From a virus (Duplodnaviria; Caudoviricetes), in IMG/VR virus record IMGVR_UViG_3300013383_000014, positions 1 through 64,000 of that record: DNA of 64,000 bases; one strand, written 5' to 3'. A program made the position numbers and the translations under genes. The notes beneath the pieces are model-generated. The model was not told the DNA's origin and ran no database searches. It saw nothing but the letters and a program-made list of their open reading frames with translations. Positions 45,504 to 55,532 of the stretch are shown here, piece after piece (the stretch's first letter is position 1; the number at the start of each line of letters is the position of its first letter).

Positions 45504-46797
45504 AATTTTTCTGCTTTTGCGTGTTGGCCAATTATATCAAACTCTGGAAAGACAATTGCTATATCAACTCTATTGCCTACTACATAAAAGACATAGCGTA
45601 GATTGCGTACACCTTCTATTACATAGGTAATAGTTGTGAAGCCGTTTTCTTGCTTGATTTGTGCATCAATCAGTTTGAAACAGACTTTCATATTAGGACG
45701 ATCTACGTAGACCATCTCTTTGTCTGTATCTACTGTGATTTTGATATAACCGGAAATTATTTTTGTATTCGCTTGATTTGTGAGATCATTAGAATAAAAA
45801 ACCTGTGCCTGAGAAGCAAGTCCCAAGCATAGGAAAACAATTATGAATATTAGGCGTCTCATTTTGTTTCATTCTTAACGAGCCTGTGATCAGGTAAGAG
45901 ATTGGTCTTACATGGAAGAACCTGCCAATCCTTTACCTGGTTGCCATTTTTGTCCTGCTTGTACTGAAAACGCTTGATGAAAAACTTAGTCATGATTAAT
46001 TGTATTTATGAGTGTTTTGATTGCTTTAGAGAATTTAGCCAGATCTCTTAGTTCTGGAAGCAGTTCAATCAGTTCATCAATTGGAGTAGTCTGCTTTACT
46101 ACAGCAATTGGTTTTGGTTCACATATTTGATTGCGTGACTCCTCTATAAGAGAGATGATCATTTTCTCGTTTGGTTGTGCTATACCATTACGAAAACGAA
46201 TTTTGCCGTTTGTTGTTTTGATTAGCATTTTACGAGATACTCCCTCGTTACGAAGTCTTTGGGCATTAGTAGGAGATACTATACCATTTAAGGCTTTGTA
46301 GAGTGAGGTAGAGTAATTCGGATCCTCTTTTGATTTGAGCCATATAATATGGAACTGATGAACAATTTGACTAAGTTTAGCCTTGTCAGTGAGTTTTGTT
46401 CTGGGACACCCGATACGAGTGGAGCCCAGATTTGTTTCTTGCATTACTGTTTAGTTGTGATTGGGCGGATAGCATATTCTACGTGTTTCGTGATTCCATC
46501 TACTACTGTAGCGGTTTCTTGGATACGATTTTCATAATATGCCTCCATGGTTTCTTGTACAACTTCTTCACGCTGGATTTTGAGTTCACGCTGATAAAAG
46601 TTGTAGATTTTTTGTTTCTCTTGCTCGTTTTTCACTTGGTTGGATTTATAGAGACCCAGACCAGTAATTGTGAGAATAAGAGAAAAGATTGTGAGAACAA
46701 GTGCGACAATGTCACGGACAGAGTACTTGTTCCAAGTGAAGAGAATGAACAGCGTAAGTGCACAGAGCAGGATTACGGCTGTAATTAATGACCACAT
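45500..46797 (-). other. hypothetical ORFs (45500-45862 with signal peptide, 45986-46444, 46444-46797 membrane)
   Basis: ORF track. Confidence 0.6.
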
Positions 46798-47011
46798 TTA
46801 ATGGGAGATTAAAATTGATTTTTGTGATTTTTTAGGGCCTTTTGAATAAAAGTAGTGTAGGATAGGCCCTCTACATGCATCCTACGCTCATTATTTGCTT
46901 ATTACCGGGTAAAAATAACTACCTAAAAAAATATAAAAAATAAAACTAAATTATATATAGAAGAGAAAAATCGTTAACTTATTTTATAACAATTAATTAG
47001 CGATTTTTTAA

Positions 47012-47053
47012 GGTTGTTGTGAGCTAACTTTTGGTTGCTGTGAGCTAACTTTG
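47012..47053. repeat. 2 x 21-bp direct repeat GGTTG[TC]TGTGAGCTAACTTT
   Basis: Copies at 47012 and 47033. Confidence 0.85.
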
Positions 47054-47090
47054 TTTATTTTTTTATAAACTTTGTTTGGAAAATTTCGTC

Positions 47091-47243
47091 ATTAAGTATA
47101 GTTTGGATTAAGTATAGTAATTAAGTATAGTTAGTTTGACTTGTGGAGTTTTATATTGACTTGTAGAGTCTTTTATTGACTTGTGGAGTTTTATATTGAC
47201 TTACGTAGTTTTTCTTTGCATAATTGTTGCATAATTGTTGCAC
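47091..47243. repeat. iteron-like region 1: 3 x ATTAAGTATAGT, 4 x 20-bp TTGACTTGTGGAGTTTTATA-type repeats, TTGCATAATTG repeats
   Basis: 12-mers at 47091, 47107, 47120; TTGACTT at 47136, 47156, 47176, 47196. Confidence 0.9.
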
Positions 47244-47308
47244 ATTAAATATTTTTTATATAAATTTGCAATAATTAAAAGATAGTAAAACTACTAAAGT
47301 CAATAATC

Positions 47309-48013
47309 ATGTCTGAAAATCAACAATGGGTAGCATACCCACATGCCGAAAATGTTGGCAATGATCTAGAACCACAAGATAAGCTAATATACTTAGCTAT
47401 AAGAAGATACATGAATGAAGATACCATGCAAGCATATCCGTCATACGCTAAAATAGCTGAAGATACTGGAGCTGCGCCCCGTACTATTTTAAAATGTGTA
47501 CAAAACCTAATTAATGCAGGATATCTAGCTACTAGTAAAAAAGGTCGAAAAATTGTTTATCAATTTAACAACAAAAAACAATTCGAGGCCTTTTCTTATG
47601 ATTTTCTAGATAAAAAGGATCTTTCTTTTACAGAAAAATCATATATTGTTGCGACACAACAACATATGTTCAAAGATCCAATTAGAGAAGAGGGAAGAAT
47701 TTCTTATACTAATGCTGAATTATCCAAAATAATTAATATGCCAGAAGCAACAATATCAAAATGCAATAGATCACTACAATCCAAAGGATATATGGATTTA
47801 TCTGACCCAAATACAAAACGATTTCAGTTACGAGAACTAGATCAATTAATTATATGAAAACTCAAAGAGCAAGACGATCGCCTTAATAGACAAGACAGTC
47901 GACTTAATCAACATGACTCCGAGATAGAAATGCTCAAACGAGAAATTGCCCAACTCAAATTGGAAAATAAAGAGTTAAGAAAAGAAAAGATTTTAAAAGC
48001 ATATACTTTTTAA
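47309..48013 (+). CDS. HTH replication-initiator-like protein 1 (code 4, 234 aa)
   Basis: IY.AIRRYMN..T.QAYPS...IA..TG (HTH_36-like), second HTH, C-terminal coiled coil after TGA 47855; promoter TAAATTTG 47261-47268. Confidence 0.75.
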
Positions 48014-48015
48014 AA

Positions 48016-48048
48016 TAAAACCCGTCTTTCATAGGCGGGTTTTATTTT
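48016..48048 (+). terminator. intrinsic terminator
   Basis: AAAACCCGTC...GGCGGGTTTT. Confidence 0.7.
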
Positions 48049-48186
48049 TTCACAACAGGGTAAAAATAACTACCCGAATATATGTGAGGTGCAATGTACT
48101 TGCAGTACACCCACGCTTTTTCTAGACTGGAGAACCACTTGCGGTCTACACAAGTTTCTCCACGGTATATGAGAAAAGTCATCGCC

Positions 48187-48310
48187 ATTAAGTATAGTTA
48201 TGTAAGTATAGTATAAGTATAGTTCTTGGTACAAAATCAGCCACAGGTAGTTCATTTTTAGCCACAGCCTGGTCATTTATAGCCACAGGTAGTTCAAAAA
48301 TAGCCACAGC
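48187..48310. repeat. iteron-like region 2: 3 x TAAGTATAGT and 4 x 21-bp AGCCACAG-core repeats
   Basis: 10-mers at 48189, 48203, 48214; AGCCACAG at 48239, 48260, 48281, 48302. Confidence 0.9.
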
Positions 48311-48387
48311 TATTATAAAATAGTTGTATAAAAAGTTGCAAAATTAAACTTTTATTACTATATTTGCATTATTAAAAATAGAAAACT

Positions 48388-49113
48388 ATGGATGAAATTA
48401 TTTTAAACCAGAACCAATTTGTTATTCTCCCCAAAAAAGAAGATGGAGAATTACTACAAAAGTACGAGATATTGGTATATGTTGCAATACGTCGATTTAT
48501 GAATAAAAAGACAATGCAAGCATATCCATCCCTAGATAGAATTGTTAAAGATACTGGAATTTCAAAGGCTACTGTTATTAAAACAATTAAAGAAATTGTT
48601 AATAAAGGATATATGACAACTGAATCCAAGAAAGGAATTGGTGTTACATATACTTTTAATAACGAAAAGTCTTTTGAACCTTTTAGTTATGAATTTTTAG
48701 ATAATCCAAATCTTACAAAGGCGGAGAAATTGCAAATACTCTGTACTCAACAATATATGTTTAAAGATGATGGTGTTGGAAAAATATCATATACAGATGA
48801 AGAACTGTCAAAAAAGACAGGCCTTAATCGACATGCTATAGCAAAAACAAATAATTCTCTTGTAGAAAAAGGTTTTGCAACACAAGTTTCCTTAAAAACA
48901 AAAGACCCACAAACTGGTCTTATGAATAAAGAAACTATATATCATCTTAACGAGCTTGGGCAAGCAATTGTTTTTAAACTGAACGATCACGAAACTCGTA
49001 TTGAAAATAACGAACAAAAAATCTCATCTCTTGAGAAAGATAATGAAATTCTTCGTAGGGAGATTGATGAACTCAAACGACAAATGGCCCAACGAACCAT
49101 TTATAACTTTTAA
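48388..49113 (+). CDS. HTH replication-initiator-like protein 2
   Basis: Clear paralogue of 47309 (AIRRFMN..TMQAYPS, FE.FSY.FLD, TQQ.MFKD); promoter TATATTTG 48359-48366. Confidence 0.8.
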   Translation: MDEIILNQNQFVILPKKEDGELLQKYEILVYVAIRRFMNKKTMQAYPSLDRIVKDTGISKATVIKTIKEIVNKGYMTTESKKGIGVTYTFNNEKSFEPFSYEFLDNPNLTKAEKLQILCTQQYMFKDDGVGKISYTDEELSKKTGLNRHAIAKTNNSLVEKGFATQVSLKTKDPQTGLMNKETIYHLNELGQAIVFKLNDHETRIENNEQKISSLEKDNEILRREIDELKRQMAQRTIYNF

Positions 49114-49116
49114 TAT

Positions 49117-49151
49117 AAAATCCCACTAATCATCACGACTAGTGGGATTTT
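49117..49151. terminator. bidirectional intrinsic terminator
   Basis: AAAATCCCACTA...TAGTGGGATTTT between convergent genes. Confidence 0.75.
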
Positions 49152-49158
49152 GTCGTAT

Positions 49159-49746
49159 TTATGCCTCTACACACACGAGTTTCTTCGTATACGCAACAAG
49201 CTTTTGTCCTTTTGTCTCAGACTTAAAAAAGTTGTACTCAGGAAAATCTTCTCGAACTTTTTCTGAAAAGGCTTTCAAATGCCTTTTTATATCTTCAGGC
49301 TGAGTTACATATATTGGCATTTCTATTTCAGCCAGTTTAACGTCTTTGTATTCGAATCTATACTTTTTCATGATATTTATTTTCTAGCATTGTACCTATT
49401 ATACTCCATATAATCATAGCGACCCCTATTACAGAGGCCGCTATTCTTATATCCATATCACCGGGAATTACTCCGACTATGCAGAGTAATATCCCTATGA
49501 TTAGAAAACCTAGCATACGGTCAATTTTAGGATTGACCGTTTTACGGTGATCACCTTAAAAGTGTTACCGTCTCCACAATGAACAGTGTCTATGTGAAGA
49601 GTGTCCCACTTTATTTGGTAATCCTTGAGTGCCGCTTCAAACATCCTCTGGCACTCTCCTATTTCTGAGGATGTTGCATTTACCGGACAATTGCATGAAG
49701 CAACTACTTCCGTCGTCCGGTCGACGTTAAAAATTAATGTTTCCAT
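49159..49746 (-). other. small hypothetical ORFs (49159-49371, 49510-49746)
   Basis: ORF track. Confidence 0.55.
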
Positions 49747-49784
49747 AATTGTTTTGTTTTAATTGTTTCTTTTTAGCAGATTTA

Positions 49785-50255
49785 GTTTCGTTTCCTACTT
49801 ATCTCCCAAGCCACGTAAAGGCACTGCTTATTTTGGGAGTACAAACAAACTACTTGTTGCATGGTAGCTTGTTTGTGATGCGCTTCTTGTTTTATTGTGC
49901 GCTAATTACGCGAGGGCCAGTTAAACCCTATGATTTCTCATTCGGCAGATAACGCGACCCCTGCCTTGCCTAGGATGCAACAATCCTAGACTATTGTACC
50001 CATAACACCGATCAAAGTGTTATGGATAAATCTGTCTTTCCAGATCGTCAACAAACACCATCATATGAACAATAGAACACAGAGCAGATTTCACTCTACT
50101 CTGCATTGACGAACCCAGTAATTGAATATCAGTCATTTCCTTGTGCATGTACACAAAATACTACACGGAAATAACCAAATTCTCCTTTAGGCCATTCATT
50201 ATAATTACTTATATGAAATGTTCCCAAAGGAGAGTTTAGTATTCAATCATTGAGA
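49785..50255 (-). ncRNA. candidate large structured ncRNA (~470 nt); strand inferred from flanking genes
   Basis: At least ten consecutive or nested stems in a gap with no convincing ORF. Confidence 0.6.
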
Positions 50256-50276
50256 GTTCCAGGAATTGTGAGTATG

Positions 50277-50744
50277 TTAAACATACTCAACAATTCCCAT
50301 AGGCCGCTGCTGATACTTACCATCAACACGCTGCCCATTTTCGAAGACTGCCAAATCAACAGTCTTCATTTCGGTGCACTTAATGCTCTTGCCACGAAGA
50401 GTATTATACACCTCTGCGAAAGACGGCAGATATGACAGTTCCTTACGAACCGCATCAAGCGGCTCATTATGTCCATCCCTACGGGTAAGCGTAGAAATAG
50501 ACAGCCATGATGGCTTACCGTTACGTTCAACCGCAACGTAATAAGCCAATGGGGAATCCTCAGACTCCCTGATTTTCTGAGAAACCACAAGTGGGTTCTC
50601 ATCCGGGAACTTAATAATATCCCCGAGGTGGAGTGCGAATGCTCCGCCTGAAACGCCGATTGTTTTAAGGTTGTCGGCAGCAACCTCTGATACTGGCCTG
50701 CTCTGCTGACCTGGCAAAAGCGGCATCTGTGAAAGTGTAAACAT
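50277..50744 (-). CDS. hypothetical protein, paralogue of 50941-51414
   Basis: Shared MFT start, GD, A.E.NGK, L.GK.[IL] segments. Confidence 0.75.
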   Translation of the reverse strand: MFTLSQMPLLPGQQSRPVSEVAADNLKTIGVSGGAFALHLGDIIKFPDENPLVVSQKIRESEDSPLAYYVAVERNGKPSWLSISTLTRRDGHNEPLDAVRKELSYLPSFAEVYNTLRGKSIKCTEMKTVDLAVFENGQRVDGKYQQRPMGIVEYV

Positions 50745-50940
50745 AAAAATAAATTTAAGTTAATAAATGTGTACTACTTATACTACGAAAGTAATGAGTC
50801 TTAGTTGAAGGGAGGAAAATTATAAAAGGGAGGGAAAGTCCCTTTTATATGAGTCTTTAGTGTTTTTTTTAAAGAAAAACCTACCCCGAGTATGGGGTAG
50901 GTTAATGCTAATCGCAGGAGTTGTCGTCGACTCAGACAAC

Positions 50941-51414
50941 TTAGAAATTAAACACCGCAAACTTGCTGTTTTTATAAACATAATTGCGGTTTGTGAAGTC
51001 GCTCTTGGCAAAGTCGAAAGACTTGCCATCAACAAGCTCAACAACCGTGAGCGTCTTTCCCTTGAGGAGTTCATAACGCTCATAGTCGGAGCCGTTGTAG
51101 AGCGGCTTCATTTGTGGATATGCTTCGAAGAACTTCTCAGTATCCACAACTGGGAAGTTCCTGAACGCGCTCATAGGAATGAGCGTGTTCTTGCCGTTGA
51201 TCTCAGCGGCAATATACGGAATGTTCCGGTCTTCCGTCTTACCGTCGACAGTTTTTACCTGTCTGGTTTTGGAGTATATCTGATCTCCGAGCACGACCTT
51301 GTCGCCCTTGAAGAAGTATACTCCTTGTCTTGATCCTGATTTCGACAGGATCTGAGCCGCCTGAGCGGCTTCAACCTTGTTGAAGCCCTCAGGAATATAA
51401 TCTGGCGTAAACAT
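50941..51414 (-). CDS. hypothetical protein, paralogue of 50277-50744
   Basis: As above; visibly more GC-rich than the rest of the window. Confidence 0.75.
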   Translation of the reverse strand: MFTPDYIPEGFNKVEAAQAAQILSKSGSRQGVYFFKGDKVVLGDQIYSKTRQVKTVDGKTEDRNIPYIAAEINGKNTLIPMSAFRNFPVVDTEKFFEAYPQMKPLYNGSDYERYELLKGKTLTVVELVDGKSFDFAKSDFTNRNYVYKNSKFAVFNF

Positions 51415-51600
51415 AATAATGATGTTGTAATGAAAAATTTAGTCTTAGTTATCTTTTTTATTTTTCATCTCCCAAAATCCTAGAAATAATCTTAGTTTCA
51501 AAATCGTTTTCCCACAGCGAAACCCCGGGGGTCTTCTGAATATAGTATCCATTTCTCCTCAACATATATACAATTTTAAAAAAATTATTATCTTTGCACT

Positions 51601-53191
51601 ATGGGAAAAATAAAACACAACGACTACTATGGCTATGTTAATAAACTTCAAACATACGCCATTTAGCATCCAGAATGATTCTGGAGTGATGATTCTAAAG
51701 CACAAGAAGCTCGCCAGTGGTTATATAACAATAGCGCTAGTGCTATAATAGATACGATCTACGATGAGACCCCAGATAATCTCAAGCCAAAAGATCGTAA
51801 AAAAATGGACAAAAGATCGACAAGAAAAAGTCGGAACTAAAGAAATGAAAGATAAAATACATGAAGGTCAAAAGGAGTTTCTAAGTAATGCGTTTGACAC
51901 AACAATGCGATCTATGAATATACTTGGTACTCCACTTGATTTTTATGCAAACCAAAAAAGTAATGGAGATTATCAAACTTTTGGAGAACTAGTTCGCAAA
52001 GGAAATGATTGAGGTGTAGCCGGAAATATAGGTGCCGAATTTTTAAATCCAGGAAATGCAGTAGACCTAGCCTTAGGTTTATACGGAGTAGGCCAAGGAA
52101 TTAAACAGGGGGTTAAATTGGCAAAAGAATATGCTCTAGCCGTAAAGCAAGCTGTAAAAGACTTTAATTGAAAACTTGGCCCACAAACTTGAAAACAAGG
52201 CGACGAAGCTGTTAAGATGTTTAAAAAATATGGAACTCAATCACCAGTAGAAGCATCCCCTTTAATGGAAAGAATAAAAAAATACGTTCCAGAAGCAAGG
52301 GAAAGATATGGACTTGTTGGAAGAGACGACATAACGGATGACGAGATAGCGGGAGCTTTATATAAGAAAGCAATGTCTCTTTCTAAGCCTGGAAATGCTG
52401 CTGTAAATGAATTTGGGGAACCACTGTTGTTATTTAGGGGCGATACGCGGCGATATCCAAGTTTTAGACCCGTACTCACTCCAGAAGAATTAGCAAAAGG
52501 ACGCGGCTCGATGGATAATGCTTTTGGAAACTTATTTCTAGGGGATTTAGGAAAGGGGGAAGAGGGCGTAGAGCGATATATAAATTATGTTTTAGAGCAA
52601 CCGAGTGGGTATCGACAACTGAGACCATCTGCAACTGGGGATAAGGTTACTTTTAACGGCATAAGAATGGATGTAGATTTTGATGAGCGTGCAATTATAT
52701 TACCTAAGAGTGCTATTGGATATGATATAAAACCAATGCAAAAAAGAGGCGGCATCCAAACTAGAATTAGAAAAGTATCTCCAAGTGTAGTTGAATCGGG
52801 TGTCAACGACATTAACGCTTTTGTTATAAACACTGGTAATGTTAGAGATGCAACTATGGAAATTTCTCCAGAAATGGGAGGTCACTTTATAACGATTGAC
52901 GGAAAGCCCAAATTTAAAAATGCAGATGGGGTTGATAGGCCTGCTGCTGCAAAGAGAATTGAAGAAATATTAAACGACGCGCAGCAAAAAGGCGAGGGTC
53001 TTCTTTTATCGAAAAAAGATTCTCCTTTAAGGCAGCAGGAGCACACATCTTATGATTATTATGCTCTACCTAATTTTAATATAAATGGAGCAAAATCAAT
53101 TTTGCCATATGATTTAAATAGACCAACATTTCCTTTTATAGATAGAGGACTTTTATATAGAAAACATGGAGGAATTATAAAAAGGAAATAA
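51601..53191 (+). CDS. putative ADP-ribosyltransferase (ART-PolyVal-like) cargo protein; continuous code-4 frame 51764-53191; 5' part broken by TAG 51664 and a +1 shift near 51790
   Basis: NEFGEPLLLFRGD resembles the DENGEPLVVYHG ART-PolyVal signature; C-terminal YRKHGG; promoter TATCTTTG 51589-51596. Confidence 0.55.
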
Positions 53192-53192
53192 G

Positions 53193-53231
53193 AAAAATCG
53201 CAGTACTACTTTTGTAGCGCTGCGATTTTTT
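53193..53231 (+). terminator. intrinsic terminator
   Basis: AAAAATCGCAG...CTGCGATTTTT. Confidence 0.75.
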
Positions 53232-53234
53232 GCT

Positions 53235-53392
53235 TTAAGTCTAGTTCATTAAGTCTATTAAGTATATTAATTATATTAAGTATTGTTAGAGTCCAGTTTA
53301 GAACAAAAGTAGTCCAATCTAGAAAAGAAGTAGTCCAGTTTGAAAAAATAGTAGTCCAATTTGGAAGCGGAGTAGTCCAGTTTAGAAAAATA
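53235..53392. repeat. iteron-like region 3: TTAAGT[CA]TA repeats and 5 x 21-bp GTAGTCCA-core repeats
   Basis: 9-mers at 53235, 53249, 53258, 53267, 53276; AGTCCA at 53290, 53311, 53332, 53353, 53374. Confidence 0.9.
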
Positions 53393-53479
53393 TATTTTTA
53401 TATAAAAATACTTGTTTGTATGTAAAAATATTTTTAACTTTGTAAAAATAGATATTTTAATATAAAAATTTATCAAAAA

Positions 53480-54217
53480 ATGCAACATGTAGAAATTCCA
53501 AACGAGTTAATTAATTTAAAGAGACAAGGAAAATTAGAACAAGGAGATCAAGTTATTTTTGCCGCAATTAAAAAATATATGAATTGGGATACTAGAGAAT
53601 GCTATCCGAGTATTACTACAATTTCAAAATCGCTTAAATGCAGTAGAACAAAAGTTCTCGCAGCAATAGATAGATTGTGTGAAAATGGACTTATACAAAA
53701 GAAAAATAATGGAAAAGGTTCAAGCAACTCTTACTTGTTTGTTAGAACCGAGTTTGATAACTTTTTTGAGATGTTTACAGAAAGCTTTTTAAAAATAGAT
53801 ATGCCGCTTAACGTGAAAGAATATTATATGGGAATTCAACAATTTTTATATGGAAAAGACTCCGGAGTTGGACGTTGCACTCTTAGTAATTCAACATTAT
53901 CTGAAAAGTTAGGGATTAGTAAACTTTCCGTTAAAAAATACAACACATACCTTATAGAGCACGGGTTTCTTGAAGAAGAAACCATGAATAAGACAGACGA
54001 AGCCGGATTTCCGATGATACAAAAGAATTTTGATCTTAATAGCTTGCAACAAGCAGAGTTATGGGCACGTGCCGTTACGCAGCAGGTTATACAAAACACA
54101 TCGGATATAGAAGATATGAAAAAAGAACTTGCTGAACTCCGTGAATGAAAACAGAGAAAGGAGCGCGAAGAAGCTCTTGAAAGAAATAGAGTGGAAACAC
54201 ATACATATAACTTGTAA
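53480..54217 (+). CDS. HTH replication-initiator-like protein 3 (code 4, 245 aa)
   Basis: AAIKKYMN..TRECYPS..TI, FE.F...FL, QQFL; coiled coil; promoter TAACTTTG 53435-53442. Confidence 0.75.
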
Positions 54218-54249
54218 AATCCAAATATTTTTATTATATTCGCGCCGTT

Positions 54250-55323
54250 ATGAAAATTAGAAAATACCAAAACTCGGGAGACTTGCCTTACATGCCTGCT
54301 GATAATACGGCAGTTGCATGAAATCCTCAAAGGAAAGAAACTATTGTTGCTAGACAATACACCCCAACACAAGAATTAGATATTACCGATAATCCGATGG
54401 GGTATGCTCCGGTAGTAGGAGATATCTTACAAGGAGGACAAGCAATTATAGATTTTTCAAATGGAGACTGAAAAAAAGGTGCATTGAATCTTGCGTTACT
54501 TGCAGTTCCTAATGTAATTGAGAGGCCAGTAAAAGCTGGTATTAAGGCATTAAAACAAATTCCTCGGAACGAAATAAAAAGAGCGGCTCGAAAAGGGGCG
54601 AGAGATGCTGATCGGTTTTTAACCAGTGACCCAACAAGAGCTTCTATTCAAAGAAATATAGATCTTTTTCTAAAGAATAAAGAAAAATATAAAAATATAG
54701 ACTGGTCTCCAATTTCCCAAGACGAAATTGAAACTGCCTCGTTTTATTCTCCAAGAATAAAAGTAAAAAATCTTGGTACAAAACGAGGCGAATCAAAAGT
54801 TGCAGTAGATGACAATGGGAGATTTTTAATTTCAATGAAAGAATCTATTCCAAACGGCGGAAATGAAATTATTGTGAATTTAGATCATACTGCGTCTAGT
54901 GCTAGGTCGACAGGATTTCATGAAAGATTACACGTGCTTGGCTACGGAGATGCCTCTAGTAATCCAGTTAACTCGGAGTTGGGGCTTTCTTTATTTAAAC
55001 CAGAAACAGATATGCACTCTCAAGCTGCTGTGGATTATATGAGATATTTAAAAGAGCCTCACGAAACAGCTGCGTGACTCGCACAAACCGGATACGAACT
55101 AGGATTAAGATCTGGCACACCATATCCCGGAGTAGACGGGGTTAAAAAATTCATAGAAAAAAATAAAAATCAAACCAGACTTAATTACCTGCTTAATTTC
55201 TTAAAATTAGACTCAGAGGAAAATTATAAGAAATTATGAAAAGGCCTGACTGGAACATTGTATACTGGCATAGTGGTATCAACTCTAAATTCTGAAAATT
55301 ATGCTCCCAATGGATTGTACTAA
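54250..55323 (+). CDS. zincin-like metallopeptidase-domain cargo protein 1 (code 4, 357 aa)
   Basis: FHERLH (HExxH) with downstream E (PHETAA); N-terminal KIRKYQNSG; pre-toxin-like APVVGD..GDW segment. Confidence 0.7.
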
Positions 55324-55531
55324 AAAATTAATTTTTTGAAAAATTCACAAGAAGCCTGTTCCAGATTTTTATAAAAAAACCCTTCAATATTTTGAAGGGA
55401 TTCGCCCAGCAGTATTTTATGAAGAAGAGGATAAGGCAAAAATAATTTCAAAGAAAATAAATGAACCAATCGAAATTGTTAAAGAGTCGATCGAATATCT
55501 AGTAAGCAATAGCATAATTGAGTTTTACTAA
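55301..55531 (+). CDS. small partner protein 1 (code 4, 76 aa)
   Basis: MLPMDCTKKLIFW(TGA)KIHKKPVPDF...ESIEYLVSNSIIEFY; paralogue of 56581. Confidence 0.7.
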
Positions 55532-55532
55532 T

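Noticed and set aside
540-46788. Plus-strand ORFs in the track across the minus-strand block, and minus-strand shadows over late genes
   Set aside because: They are antisense shadows of well-supported genes or RNAs with no recognisable motifs
51664-51666. Genome-wide TAG recoding
   Set aside because: Only one suspicious in-frame TAG was found; TAG ends many genes normally and no CUA tRNA was seen
47091-53392. CRISPR arrays at the three repeat regions
   Set aside because: Period is 20-21 bp with no unique 30-40-bp spacers and no cas operon; the pattern fits iterons
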